Origin: Octopus vulgaris
Lineage: Eukaryota
Direction of reading: 5' to 3'
Length of the DNA stretch: 64,000 bases
Assembly: GCA_951406725.2 (NCBI GenBank)
Contig: OX597825.1
Span: 62,124,001-62,188,000, forward strand
A program made the translations under genes and the position numbers. The notes under the pieces were generated by a model that was not told the origin of the DNA, made no database searches, and saw nothing but the letters and a program-made list of their open reading frames with translations. Positions 1 through 12,279 of this stretch are shown piece after piece (within the stretch, counting starts at the first letter, position 1; every line of letters begins with the position of its first letter).

Positions 1-90
1 TATTCATACATACATACATATATTCATACATACATATATTCATACATACATACATACATACATACATACATACATACATACATACATACA

Positions 91-124
<34 letters not shown>

Positions 125-140
125 CATACATACATACATA
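1..140. repeat. (TACA)n microsatellite
   Basis: Direct tetranucleotide run with a few interruptions. Confidence 0.97.
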
Positions 141-580
141 AACAGTCTGGAACAGGATAAAAAAGAAAACACCTACAGATGAAGTTGACTATAGAGAGAC
201 TGATGGGTCAAAAGAATATTAATGGAACTTAAAAATTATAACAGCCACCAAGTTAAAATGCAAATTGACCAGATATTGTTGCATGGGACCACAAGAAAAA
301 GGTATGTTCTGTTGTGTATTTTAGCTGACCCAATGTGGTTAGAAAATATGAGAGAAAGAGGTCATCTATGGACCATTGGTAAGGAGTTTGAAAATCCAGT
401 ATCCAAAACTCTTTCAGCTTTATTAGCTATTATTACTGGACAAACAGGATATATACCAAGTTTTCTGGAGCAAAGAATGGCTGAACTCGAGCTTTTGGGA
501 ATAGAATGCAAATTCTTAATTCATACACTAAAACGATCATGATATATGAGACTATAAAAATCTGCAATACCTCTTTAGAT
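141..580 (+). mobile_element. 5'-truncated, decayed R4/Dong-like non-LTR retrotransposon 3' end (restriction-like endonuclease domain)
   Basis: Frameshifted translation KEY*WNLKIITATKLK..PDIVAWDHKKKVCSVVYFS*P..KEVIYGPLVRSLKIQYPK..IITGQTGYIP..ETIKICNTSL matches the RLE pattern WW..RPDI...D/E.(S)CP..K..KY..L...IIGALG. Confidence 0.75.
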
Positions 581-584
581 TTAA

Positions 585-800
585 CCTTTTCATTGCCACA
601 TATCTATTGAGATGTCGTGTTTCAATTAATTTCAAATATAACAAAGACTTTAGTAATATAATTTAGTTACCATTAAACTAGTGTTAGGAAAATAAATTGT
701 GACTAAGGTTTGGTGGAAGATTTTAATCAAGAAATTTTGAAAACAAGACATTTATATTACAGAGCCAGAGGCAGTTTCAGGCTGTTTGGTATCAAAAGGG
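585..800 (-). mobile_element. piggyBac-type MITE, copy 1 (older, inverted)
   Basis: TTAA at 581-584 and 801-804; termini CCTTTT...AAAGGG; reverse-complement homologue of 1246-1470. Confidence 0.75.
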
Positions 801-1245
801 TTAAAGGATGATGGTTCCAACATGATGCTTTCTTTCACAATTTTGCGACCAAGTAGATGACTGGTCAAAATTTATGCTAAGTTAAAAGAAGAAAGAAGAG
901 CATACATATATGTATGTGCAGGCAGAACTATGTAATTAAGAACTTAAGAAATTCCTTTTGCAGCCAATAAATTTGGGTTTAGTCTCACTATGTGGTACCT
1001 TGAGCAACCACCTTCTTTAGCAATGATCTGACCAAAGAGTTCGGAGTAGATTGGTTGAGAGAAAAGGAAAGAGGCCAGTTAAATGTTATTGTGTGTATGT
1101 GTGTGTGTGTGTGTCTCCATGTGTGTGTATGCATGTAAGTGTATTTTCTTAATATCGCTTTTTGTTATCATACTATCTCCTTGTATTGTAAGAAATATCC
1201 ATGTAATCTCGAAATATTTAAGCAGAGTGAGTAAGAAACACTTAA

Positions 1246-1470
1246 CCCTTTCGTTACTAACCTGGCTGAAACTGGCTCTGGCTCTGGCTCTGAGTACAAT
1301 GTCTTTTTTACATAAGTTTTGAATTAAAATCTTCCACCAAACCTTAGCCACAATTTATGTTCGTAACACTAGCTTAATGATAACTAAGTTATTTTACTAA
1401 ATTCGTTTTTATAGTTAAAGTAATTGAAAGAAACCCAGAGCATCTCAAAATAAATACAGTAGCGAAAGGG
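1246..1470 (+). mobile_element. piggyBac-type MITE, copy 2
   Basis: TTAA TSD at 1242-1245 and 1471-1474; 13-bp TIR CCCTTTCGTTACT / AGTAGCGAAAGGG with one mismatch; no ORF. Confidence 0.88.
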
Positions 1471-2417
1471 TTAAAGATATATTTCAAATTAAATTAAAAT
1501 CAAGAGCCACAGACTGTGATATGGTATTCTTACAGCCAACATTAGCAATCTCACATTGAAACTATCACATTTGTTCTTGTATTCAATTAGAACACTATTT
1601 ACAGGTAAACTGCCTTCAGAATATTCTTTAACTTTTGCATAAAGGGGCTTATCATTTCATAATCAAAATGTAAATATTTCTATAAAAATGATAACAATGC
1701 ACCAAAATGAGTCAATACTCCAAAATTCTAGATTTCTTAGAAGTTTGATTCTGTTCTAGAATGCACTTTATAAGTTCAATACAAATGCATGTTAAAACAA
1801 ACGATTAATCAAATGTTTTTATTTCTTTATTGTTAATTTATTGTTAATTTTCATTCTTACAGAGGTTTTTAACTTATTTTCATTAATTGAAAAATTAATT
1901 AAAATCACTTAAAAGTTTTCCTATTTAAAAGAATTAACTTTAATAACAACAAAAAATAAAAAATAAAAAAATATATCAATCAATAAAAACAAAAGTATCT
2001 GGAATTAGCCCATTCTAGAAAACTGAAAGAAGAAATTAGTAAGTCAAAGTAAAAATAAAAATGGATACTAACGAAAAAACATAAAAAAGAAAATTCTTCC
2101 TTTAAATGACAACAAAACAACAGCTACGAAGGAATGAAACAACAACTTTACAAAGCTATTCAATTGGGAAGAATGTCCTTCTTTGAAACTAAGTTGAACA
2201 AGAAAAAGAAAAAAAACCCAAAAAACAAAAAACAAAAAAACCAGGCAGAAAGATTTAAAAAAATACCACAATTTCAATTATATCAAATGTTCTTTTTTTT
2301 TCCATTTTTTAAAATTTCATTTTAAATTACCTAATAGATTTCATTATTTAACAAAGAAAAATATCTCCCCTACATCTTCAGCACCAACAGCATCACTATC
2401 ATCATCAGCATCGTCAT

Positions 2418-2450
<33 letters not shown>

Positions 2451-2819
2451 CACTGTCATCATCATCAACATCATCATCATCATCATGGCCATGATTTTGT
2501 GTCATCATTTTATTTTTTATTTCTATTTTCATCTTTTTTTTTGTTTCCATTTTCCTCCTCTTATTGGATATGATTGCTTGTAAATTTATTTTCCTTTTCA
2601 TGTTTCAGTTATTTTTCATAATTAGCAATTTAGAATAACATCACTTATTTCCAATTATTGAATGCTTTTCAAGGATTTCATTGTCCCATACTATTCCTGG
2701 ACTCTTTTAAAAGCATTAAAAGCCAATTTTTCTATTGGAAACAAAAAACGGCAAAAAAAAAATGAAGTAATAACATTTAAAATATATATATACATATATA
2801 CATACATACATACATACAT

Positions 2820-2862
<43 letters not shown>

Positions 2863-3299
2863 CAAGGAAATAATGTCACTGAATTTTATGGGAAAATTAG
2901 AGTAAAAAATGTATCTTTGATTATATAGCCAATTAACAATAAGTATGTTCTTTTAGAGAGTTACAGAAAACATATAAAATTGATTTTCATGTTTGTTTTG
3001 TTAGAATGATGCTTTTATATTTAAGGCAGACGCATATATATAGATATATTCATATACTTGGGGTATGTACTAATCATCATCATCATCATCATTCTTATTG
3101 TCATTGATGTCATCATCGTCATCATCGTCATCGTGCTTTAAATGGAGGTGTAGTGAAATCCTATTTTATGGACTCAAACATGTTCTAAAATAAGTTGAAA
3201 AGTAAGCTACATAAATCAGCACGAACTTTCTAGACAACCCAGTATATATATATACATACATATGTGCATACATATATATATGTATATATATATGATGAT

Positions 3300-3583
3300 G
3301 GACTCTCCCGTCATTAGACGACGTATGGAGGTTTGATAATTTCTTACCGAACAACCACATGGATAATTTGTTTATAGTAATAGAATGTTTGTATAGACAT
3401 AAGCTCACTCTCTCCATCAGATCAACATTACCTGTACAGGTGTAATGTGTGCCACGTGTCAGATGATTGCAGAGTAAACATGAAATGAAGTGCTTTGCTC
3501 AAGAACACAACACAATGGCGGGTCCAGGAATCGAACCCATGATCACTCAATCATGAGTGCAAGACCTTAAACACTAAGCCATA
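3300..3583 (-). mobile_element. tRNA-derived SINE (H1 head family)
   Basis: Minus strand reads TGGCTTAGTG (A-box), then GGTTCGATTCC (B-box), then GTGTTCTTGAGCAAAGCACTT. Confidence 0.7.
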
Positions 3584-3748
3584 TATATATACATATATGA
3601 GAGGGGATCCACTAAAAGTGAACTCCCTTAGACTAGCCACTCATATATGTATTAATAATATTTACTGAATCTCAGTTTTTATGCACTAAACCATTGGTGT
3701 TAAACTGATATTATTAAATTAATATACAATTTTTCACCCTCATTTTGA

Positions 3749-3780
<32 letters not shown>

Positions 3781-3933
3781 TATCTCCAACATGAGTAAGA
3801 ATTTGCCTTTACTGTTAAAATATTCATTTCACAAAGATCCAACCATTGTATAACTTTGTTTAAGACGCACCTTACTACCTCACTCATATTTATAAATACA
3901 CATCTAACCCCACTTACAATAAAATACCCAACA

Positions 3934-3975
<42 letters not shown>

Positions 3976-4398
3976 CATGTACATGTGCACACACACACAC
4001 ACACACACACATACACTCACATACCCAAATGCCCCACCAGATCTGAGTTGAAAATAAACTTTGATTCATTGAAGACCAAATTCGTGTTTCTCATATCATC
4101 CTGAGCAGCATTAAAATTGACAAAGCAAGTATTATTTTCCATTGATACTCCTGATGGCACATTTTAGATTGTCTGTATAAATCTTTTACTTGCAAACATT
4201 TGCCAAAAGATGAAAGCTGACATCATTGTGGCATCAAACAACACTGTGGCAGTTCTTTGGGATGAGGAAAGAACTGTACACTTCAAGTTTCAATGATACC
4301 TAAATTCACACGACTTAAATAAGCCTCTGTACAGCATCAAAAACTCACTGAAAGGCAGGCTTTGTTTATTTATGATGAAGCTATAATGGAAGGCAAGG

Positions 4399-4860
4399 TT
4401 TACGATATCGGGAGAATATCACCTTCTCCCATTATATCTTGTTCTTCATGTAGTTCAAGCTCCAGCAGGCAAAGAAAGAAGTCTTTAAGTACAAACGCAA
4501 TTTACAACCGGTTTATTTACAAGTGCTACAGAACAGGTGAAGTGTGTTGCTCTCAGCAACCATCTCAAGCTGTGAGCATTGTGTTGTATCTCCATTAGTG
4601 CTAGCACATTGCCTCTGGAGGTACAACAAGCAGACAGGCCCAGCCAGTGAAGTGTGCTCAGCAAGCGCTGCTGTGAAGAAGCGGAGAGAGAGAATGAATT
4701 TGTTTCTGCTTTGCCCTTATATACAGTTTGCCATCGCAAGCCTTGTTGTGATCTTGTGCATGGCAAATGGATGCAGGTGATGTCTCGCTCCAGTCTCGGA
4801 GATGGCAATGGTGGCCATGAGATCTCATCCAATATGGTGCTGACCGCTTGTGCTGCTACA
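4399..4860 (-). mobile_element. Solo-LTR-like insertion inside the Helitron
   Basis: A 462-bp block interrupts the helicase between DEAIMEGK and SHLEA. Termini are TTTA(~TGTA)...TACA, flanks AAGG/AAGC resemble a 4-bp TSD, and the minus strand has TATATAAG (~4717-4724) upstream of AATAAA (~4512-4517). Confidence 0.5.
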
Positions 4861-5440
4861 AAGCCATCTTGAGGCACAAGCAAACATCTGATTACTTGGA
4901 TTGAACAAAACAGGTTTTGAGAGACTAAATGTAAATAATACAAGGAATTAATTTTGCTTGCGATTTCAGATGAAACCTGTTTGAAAAGCAAAGAGGAGTC
5001 CAAAGTCAAAATGTATTATCTTTGGTCTCATATGCATTCACTAAATCTTACCAGCAATGTATGAGTTCACTTGCAATAATGTTGATTGTGAGTGACATAA
5101 TACTAATCCAGGTGGGAAATGAATTTTCTGTAATGAACTAAAATGAACAAATTCAATTATTTCTGGTCACAGTTTTGAAACTAACCTAAACACTAACATC
5201 AGACTGCGATCCTAAGTGGCTCTGTGAACAAGCAAACTTGACACCAAAATATGTCAAAATCTTAAGAAGCTATCAGGTATGAAACATGAAGAGGAGATCT
5301 ATTACAGTTCAATATATACACAGTCAGTTCCTAATCCAACTTGGATTAGAAACTGACGATGTATATATCCAGCCAACACAAACATTCTATCTAGCTTGAT
5401 GCTGAAACTTGGAGCATCATTATGCTACTTCATACATTAA

Positions 5441-5659
5441 CCCTTCCATTACCAACCTGGCTGAAACCAGCCTAGGCTCTGAGTACAAATGTCTTGTCTT
5501 CATAAATTTTTAATTAAAATCTTCTACCAAACCTTAGTCTCAATTTATGTTCTTAACACTTGCTGAATGATAAGTAAGTTATTTTACTAAATTCTTTGTT
5601 ACTTTTAAAGTACGGGAAAGAAACACAGAGCATCTAAAAAAAATACAGTAACGAAAGGG
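5441..5659 (+). mobile_element. piggyBac-type MITE, copy 3, nested in the Helitron
   Basis: TTAA at 5437-5440 and 5660-5663; CCCTT...AAGGG termini; homologous to 1246-1470; the helicase frame resumes (LNPP) after it. Confidence 0.88.
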
Positions 5660-6489
5660 TTAAATCCTCCAATTCTTTTATGCTGACACAATACTCACCA
5701 TCAAAAATAAAATGCATTATGTCCTGGAGATCAAAGTCATGTCCGAAAAACTTACTGAAACTAATTGATTCATTCCCCAAATACCTCTTAAACCAATGGT
5801 TTTGCTTTTATAAGACTTCAATTTCCTGTCATCTGTAGCTTAGCTATGGCTGTTAATAAATCATGAGAACAATCATGGAATGCTGTTGGAATTATTCTGA
5901 TAGATTCTGACTTTTCTCAGACTCAGCATGTGTTGGTGCTTCAAGAATCTGATCATCTCTTCCATATAACAAAGAATTTGTTTATTCTAAGACTTAAGAA
6001 TGAGCAAATGGCCAACAAAAATACTTCAGAAATACATCAATCACAAAATTGGAATCCTGTAACGTATAACCAAAATCTGAAGATTATCCCATAAACTATA
6101 TCCATAGACGTTGCTGGAGTAGCATCTTCATCAAACAACAGTCTCTTCTCTAATGTACATCTGTACATTGTAGCTATTTCTGATGGAAATAGTGGCAAAA
6201 CCTCCCTTAATTGCCATCCAGCTGTCTTTTGCATATAAGTGTCTATGTATAATTGTATGGTCAGTTTGGATACCTAAGCATCACCAAATTTCACCGTTTG
6301 CACTTACATATATGGATACATACATACATACTCACACATGCATACATAAATACATACATACATATATTCATGCATACACACATATATACATATAAGCATA
6401 CATACATACACATATATATGTGTGTTCGTTTATATATATATATATACATACATACATATATATATAAATACATATATATATATTTTTAC

Positions 6490-6520
<31 letters not shown>

Positions 6521-6521
6521 C

Positions 6522-6553
<32 letters not shown>

Positions 6554-6623
6554 GTGTGTGTATGTGTATATATATATACATATATATATATACACACACC
6601 AATACATGCTGCCATGTATGAGT

Positions 6624-6668
<45 letters not shown>

Positions 6669-7216
6669 TGTGTGTGTGCATATGTGTGTGTGTGTTTGTA
6701 GACATATATAGAAAGGTCCTATATTAGTGTTAGTCAATATCGGCAATTATTAGAGAACAGCAGCATATTAGTTTAGCAGAATTTCTGGAATCACAGTCTG
6801 CCCGAATGTTTAAAGGCAGTGATAGAAGCAAGCTATAATGAAGAGTATTGTTTGACTACAATATCTAGTTCTGTGAAGCATTCTCTCAATATTACATCTT
6901 TGATCTAAGCAATCATTCTGAAAACTGTCCATATTGCCTAGTATAATCATTCGGTAAAATGTAATTACAACAATATTATTAATACAATACACACACAGAC
7001 ACAGACACACACACATACACACACTTACACACACACATGCACACATGCACAGACACACAGATACATACACACATTTAGTCACATATAAGCATACATGTAG
7101 ACACCTGCATAGACACATACACATACACGCAGATGCAAGCAAACGCATACATACAAAGTTATGATTGTATGTGTTTGGGTTTGTACTTGTGCGTATATGC
7201 ATGTGTCTACTTCTCT

Positions 7217-7900
7217 AGGAGTGGCTCTGTGGTAAGTAGCTTGCTTACGAACCACATGGTTCCGGGTTCAGTCCCACTGCATGGCACCTTGGGCAAGTGA
7301 CTTCTACTATAGCCTCGGGTCAACCAAAGCTTGTGAGTGGATTTGGTAGACGGAAACTGAAAGAAGCCTGTCGTATATATGTATATATATATATATATAT
7401 ATAATACCAGTGCCAGTGGCACACAAGAAAACCATCTGAACGTGGCCGTAGCCAGTACCGCATCGACTGGCCTCCGTGCTGTGGGCACGCAATAAACACC
7501 ATCCGATCGTGGCCGTTCGCCAGCCTCATCTGGCAGCTGTGTTGGGCACGCAACAAACGACATCCGATCGTGGCCGTCCGCCAGCCTCATCTGGCACCTG
7601 TGTCGGTGGCACATAAAAACACCATCCGAAGACCCGGATATGGCCTCCGTGCTTTGGGCATATATATATATATATATATATATAAAACACCATCCGAGCG
7701 TGGCCGTTCGCCAGCCTCGTCTGGCACCTGTGTCGGTGGCATAAAATCACCCACTACACTCTCGGAGTGGTTGGCGTTAGGAAGACATCCAGCTGTAGAA
7801 ACACTGCCAGATCTGACTGCCTGGTGCAGCCGGCTCAGACCCCAGTTGACGTCCAACCCATGCTGCATGGAAAACGGACGCTAAATGATGATGATGATGA

Positions 7901-7948
<48 letters not shown>

Positions 7949-8157
7949 ATACGTTTGTGTGTGTGTGTTTGTCCCCACCAACATCGCTTGACAACTGATG
8001 CTGGTGTGTTTACATCCCCGTAACTTAGTATTTCGGCAAAAGAGACCAATAGAATAAGTAATAGGCTTACAAAGAATAAATCCTAGGGTCGATTTGCTCA
8101 ACTAAAGGCAGTGCTCCAGCATGGCCACAGTTACATGACTGAAACAAGTAAAAGAAT
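7217..8157 (+). mobile_element. CORE-like tRNA-derived SINE (family A), split by an RTE 3'-UTR insertion in its internal TA tract
   Basis: Head GGAGTGGCTCTGTGGTAAG...GGTTCAGTCCC and CORE-like GGCACCTTGGGCAAGTG at 7217-7372; tail ...GACTGAAACAAGTAAAAGA at 7940-8157. Confidence 0.85.
7404..7904 (+). mobile_element. RTE LINE 3'-UTR fragment with ~60-bp tandem units and a (GAT)n tail
   Basis: Ends GTGGTTGGCGTTAGGAAG..CATCCAGCTGTAGAAAC...AACCCATGC..GCATGGAAAACGGACGCTAAA(TGA)n, the same tail that follows the RTE ORF ends at 42.4-43.3 kb and 49.0-49.8 kb. Confidence 0.75.
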
Positions 8158-8179
8158 ATATATGTGTCTGTGTGTGTGC

Positions 8180-8233
<54 letters not shown>

Positions 8234-8421
8234 ATGTAGCTATATGCTTAAGAAGTTTGCCATGCAGTCCTATGAATTCAAGTTCAATCCAATTGCACAT
8301 CTGCTTGGGCAATATTTTCTACTATAACTCCTGGCTAGCCACTACCTTTAGAGGGAATTTGGTATATGGAAACTATACTAAGCCTGTTGTTGATATGTGT
8401 ACACACACATGTATGAATATA

Positions 8422-8641
8422 TAAGCGGTGGTGCTGAAAAGTTCCTGGCTTTAAGGGTATCATGAAAGGCCTAATTAGAGGCCCAAACTTTTCAGTTCTT
8501 TTACAGGACTTTGGAAAACTGAAGGAATGCTGCAATAAATGTGTGAATCTGAGAAGGTAACATGTTGGATAAAATCATAATTAACTGAATGTCCTGTATT
8601 TTCTTTTACCCAAAACTAGAAGCTTTGCAACATCCCTTGTT
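8422..8641 (+). mobile_element. Mariner-derived deletion element (MITE)
   Basis: Degenerate TIRs GGTGCTGAAAAGTTCCTGGCTT / AACTAGAAGCTTTGCAACATCC; C-terminal remnant CCNKCVNLRR (~WNKCV.L.G.YVE). Confidence 0.55.
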
Positions 8642-9149
8642 TAAGACACAAGAGTAGCTGTGTGGTAAGTAGCTTTCTTACCAACCACATGGTTTCAGGT
8701 TCAGTCCTACTGTGTGGCACCTCGGGCAAGTGTCTACTTCTATACCGTCAGGCAGACCAAACTCTTGTGAGTGGATTTGGTGCACGGAAACTGAAAGAAG
8801 CCCATTGTGTATAAATACATATGTATGTATCTATGATGTATGTGTGTATATGTTTGTGTCTGTATTTATTGCCCCAACATCACTTGACATCCAATGATGT
8901 AAACATCACTGACAATAAACATTTCTGGGATTTCTAAATATTTTTGGAGACCTTACTTTTGAGATTATCCTCGTAGAATTAAATTGATGAATCATCAGAA
9001 GACTTATATCCTTTTCTTCTTTCCTGTAACTTCATTTCTGTATTCTCTTGTTTCTTTACAAAGAGATAAAGTAATCTTCAGATTGTAAATTTACCCTGAA
9101 TGCTTGCAACAACTTTTACTCCACCCGAGGTACTCAAGGGGTACTCAAG

Positions 9150-9780
9150 TGTCAATTGCTTGTATTTGCTACGGATAGAATTGAGGATATTTTCTCCCTT
9201 ATTTTATTATTTATGAAGGTGCATGGCTCAGTAGTTAGAGTGCTTGACACACAATCATGAGGCAGTGAGTTCGATTCTCAGACCAGACTGTGTTGTGTTC
9301 TTGAGCAAACACTTTTTTTCACATTGCTCCAGCTCAGTCACTGGTGCCAAGCTTTTGCCTTTCCCTTGAACAACATCGGTGGTGTGGAAAGAGGAGGCTG
9401 CTATGCATGGGTGATTGCCAGTCTTCCATAAACAACCTTGCCTGGATTTGTGCCTCAGAAGGGAACTTTCTAGGTGCAATCCCATGGTCATTCATAATCG
9501 AAGGGGGTCTTTACCCTTACCTCATCTTATTATTTATGCTCCTGAACCAGCTGATGACTCTAATTTGTCTCTGATCTTGTGTATATAAATTCCATGAGGT
9601 CTTTTAACTCAATTGATCAATTTCTGTTTTTGCTGGATTTATAAGTTTACAATTAGTATTAATAGCAATGCCTACTTGATAAAACCTTCCATTTTGTCTA
9701 CCATTGAAGGACAGCTGGAATGGTAACTTTAGTATTATTCCCTCCAGTTACCATCTAAAAAATTTTACTCAGAATATATT
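9150..9780 (-). mobile_element. Penelope-like element RT remnant, interrupted by a SINE
   Basis: Minus strand NCKLINPAKTEIDQLS...RVISWFRSINNK...QFYP resembles PLE RT CRLINPAKSEIG..S...VI.WFK.I.NK...EFYPS. Confidence 0.5.
9217..9520 (+). mobile_element. tRNA-derived SINE (H1 head + T3 tail)
   Basis: A-box TGGCTCAGTAG and B-box AGTTCGATTC; flanked by the direct repeat TTATTATTTATG (TSD). Confidence 0.85.
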
Positions 9781-11058
9781 AGATAATGATCTGATGTGAT
9801 AGAAGACATTTGTCCTCAGTGATGTGCAGGGTAACTGAAAGTGAAACTACACAGTTGCAAGCGTAACATCTTAACCACACAGCCATCACGGTGTAGTATG
9901 TAAAGAAAAGGGTGACTAATGCAATGAATTGATTAGTAGATAGTTTTGATTCTCGACAATACTGGTAGTGAAACATTTAACAGAAGGAGAAAAGAATGAA
10001 TAAAGAGGGGGTCTTCTCTGTGTTTATGAGTATCATATCACACTATTATGTCAATATCACTAATTACTTCCCACATATAAATAATACAATTAATTGAAAA
10101 AGGTCTTCTGATGTTACCTCAAAAATCAATGCAAACAAAATAAAATTGAAATATAAACTTCCAGTCCACAATAAATTCATGGTTTGATTCCAATCTGATT
10201 CACCTTTCATGTTACACACCGTATTGTTTATATAGGTCTATAGATTAGAACCTATCAAATCTGATAAGTATAATATTAATTACCAAATATTGAATGCATG
10301 TGCAAATTAATAAAATGCAATCAATGATGATTTGAAGTCTCTATCAACTGCTATTGAAAATATAAACTCAAATATATGATGCAATGTTTCGATCATAATG
10401 TGTAAAATACCATATCAAAGGGAAAAGCTGTTTTGGAATCTGCTTCGTTTGTTTCAGATGTTATTTTAGTTTTGTTTCTTCTTTTTTTTCCTGTTTTTGT
10501 TTTTAATAGTTTAGTTAGTAGAAAAGGCAATGTTCATGACCCTTTAGAGGGTATCTGAGATTGATGGAATGGAAGGAAGGAGGAAGGTATCCTTAAACCA
10601 GAGATCTGTTCTGCATATGTGTGTAACAGAGTGAATTCTGCTAAAGTCACCCAATGTGCCAGATAGTGGAGTTAAACCATGACAGAATAACTCTGCTACC
10701 CAAGTAGGCAGGATTTGAATGCAGAATGCAAAGAGCTAGAACAAATACCACAAGGCACCTAGTCAGATGTTCTTACATTTCCCTTAATGCACCACCTTGA
10801 ATAGGTACCTTTTTGTTGATGCTTACAAGATAAATGGAAAACGTTTAACTCTTTGAGACCTGACTTTCTGAACCAAAATCAAAACAAGCCACATTCAACT
10901 CAGAAAGGTAGCGGACATGTTGTTTTATCATCTTATAGTTGCAGGGTGAATGAGCATTCTGACTGACTAAAAATAAATCAGTTCTATATTTAAGAGATGA
11001 GGAATTATTTACATTATTTACATTTGACGGATATTTGTTCTCATCTTGATTGTTGTTA

Positions 11059-11102
11059 ACACAACATTTTGGCTGAAATACCCTCCAGCCTTCATCGGGT
11101 GT
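11059..11102 (-). ncRNA. Degenerate minimal hammerhead motif (mirror copy)
   Basis: Minus strand ACAC-CCGATGA-A-GGCTG..CAGCC-AAAA-TGTT-GTGT; stem II is perfect but the core is mutated. Confidence 0.6.
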
Positions 11103-11164
11103 ATTGAGGAAATTTCGAACCTGGGTTCTCATTCCTAAGGTATTTTTCGATGTTATTATTATTA

Positions 11165-11204
<40 letters not shown>

Positions 11205-11296
11205 TCTTCTTCTTCTTCTTCTTATTATTATTATTATAAATATTATTATTATTATTGTTATTATTATTATTATTATCATCATCATCATCATCATCA

Positions 11297-11410
<114 letters not shown>

Positions 11411-11464
11411 CTATTAGTATTATTATAATTATTATTCAAGTCACTGCCTGGAATCGAACTCAAG

Positions 11465-11508
11465 ACACCTGATGAAGGTTGGAGGGTAAATCAGCCGAAA
11501 CGTTGTGT
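11465..11508 (+). ncRNA. Minimal type-I hammerhead ribozyme motif
   Basis: ACAC-CTGATGA-A-GGTTG(loop)CAGCC-GAAA-CG-TT^GTGT: intact CUGANGA and GAAA core, stems I and II, palindromic AACGUU stem III, and an NUH site after 11504. Confidence 0.78.
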
Positions 11509-12100
11509 TAATAACAAACAAGATGAGAACAAATATCCGTCAAATGTAATTAATGTAAACAATGTAAAAATAAATTGTCGTACTTTAGTGCAGATGCACT
11601 CCACCAGCAGAGCATTGCTAGTGTATAGAGAAAAATAAGCCTTCCACCAGTAAACCTGTGTTATGGGCTCAAAGGGTTAATGACATTCTACGATAGACTA
11701 TTCTTATTGAAAACTAGTTGGGTAACTTCTAAACTGGCTTTGATTCTTGGTCGATGTTGTTTATTTCAAATGTTTTAATATATGTTAGAGGGAGCAGCGT
11801 AGTGCATTTAACCTTGAGAAATTTTTGTAGAGTCTTCATTTTGATGCAGATGTTATGTCTAATGTTAATATCTGCAAGTGAAAGTATGCAGGAAAAAAAA
11901 AACAAGCAATGAAGGAAGCATATATACATACATACATGCATGTACACACATATATGTATATGTATATGTGTGTCTTTGTGTGTGCCAGCATGGAAAGTGG
12001 ACATTAAACAATGATGATGATAAAGATAATATATATATATATATATTCTGTTTTGGGATTTGGTTTGCAAGATTCTTTATGTGAGTTCGTGTGTTGAAGC

Positions 12101-12273
12101 ATATTCTGTTGTGTCTGGGTACAGTCATTCTCTTTTGATGCTTTTGGTGCCTTATAATTTAACACACTTACCGGTAAATTTTCCACTTAGAAAAAGAAAA
12201 AAGTGGATATTTTACTAGTGAGTGTGTTAAATTATAAGGCACCAAAAGAGAATGACTCTCCTCAGACACAACA

Positions 12274-12279
<6 letters not shown>
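12101..12279. repeat. Imperfect inverted repeat (~80-88 bp arms, 12-nt spacer) between (TA)n tracts
   Basis: ATATTCTGTTGTGTCTG...GGTGCCTTATAATTTAACACACT..TTCCACTT pairs with AAGTGGA..AGTGTGTTAAATTATAAGGCACC...CAGACACAACAGTATAT. Confidence 0.85.

Larger units (their letters stand above)
4045..6040 (+). mobile_element. Decayed Helitron RepHel fragment (PIF1-like SF1B helicase), split by two insertions
   Basis: Ordered degenerate motifs: FSIDTPDGT (~FLDAPGGTGKT), VASNNTVAVLWDEERTVHFKF (~VASSGIAATLLDGGRTAHSTF), FIYDEAIM, FACDFR (~FAGDFRQ), KWLCEQANLTPK (~WLCERAILAPKN), LMLKLGA-IMLL, FIPQIPLKP, RLQFPVICSLAMAVNKS*EQS (~RLQFPVRLSFAMSINKSQGQS), VGASR; many stops and frameshifts. Confidence 0.88.

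Noticed and set aside
3661-3705. Possible further hammerhead relic in a TA-flanked island (CTGAATC..CTAAACCATTGGTG)
   Set aside because: Both conserved boxes and the cleavage triplet deviate, so it is too degenerate to call.
4485-5009. 174-aa minus-strand ORF
   Set aside because: It spans the boundary between the LTR-like insert and the antisense Helitron and has no recognisable domain.
6253-6746. YI/HT/CV-repeat ORFs here and at 15.0, 21.7, 26.5, 33.5, 40-41.7 and 52.1 kb
   Set aside because: They are translations of (TA)n/(CA)n/(TACA)n microsatellites.
7420-7760. CRISPR-like appearance of regularly spaced palindromic repeats (also 42556-42750 and 62513-62845)
   Set aside because: There are no unique constant-length spacers and no cas genes; the units are tandem repeats in retroposon 3'UTRs of a eukaryote.
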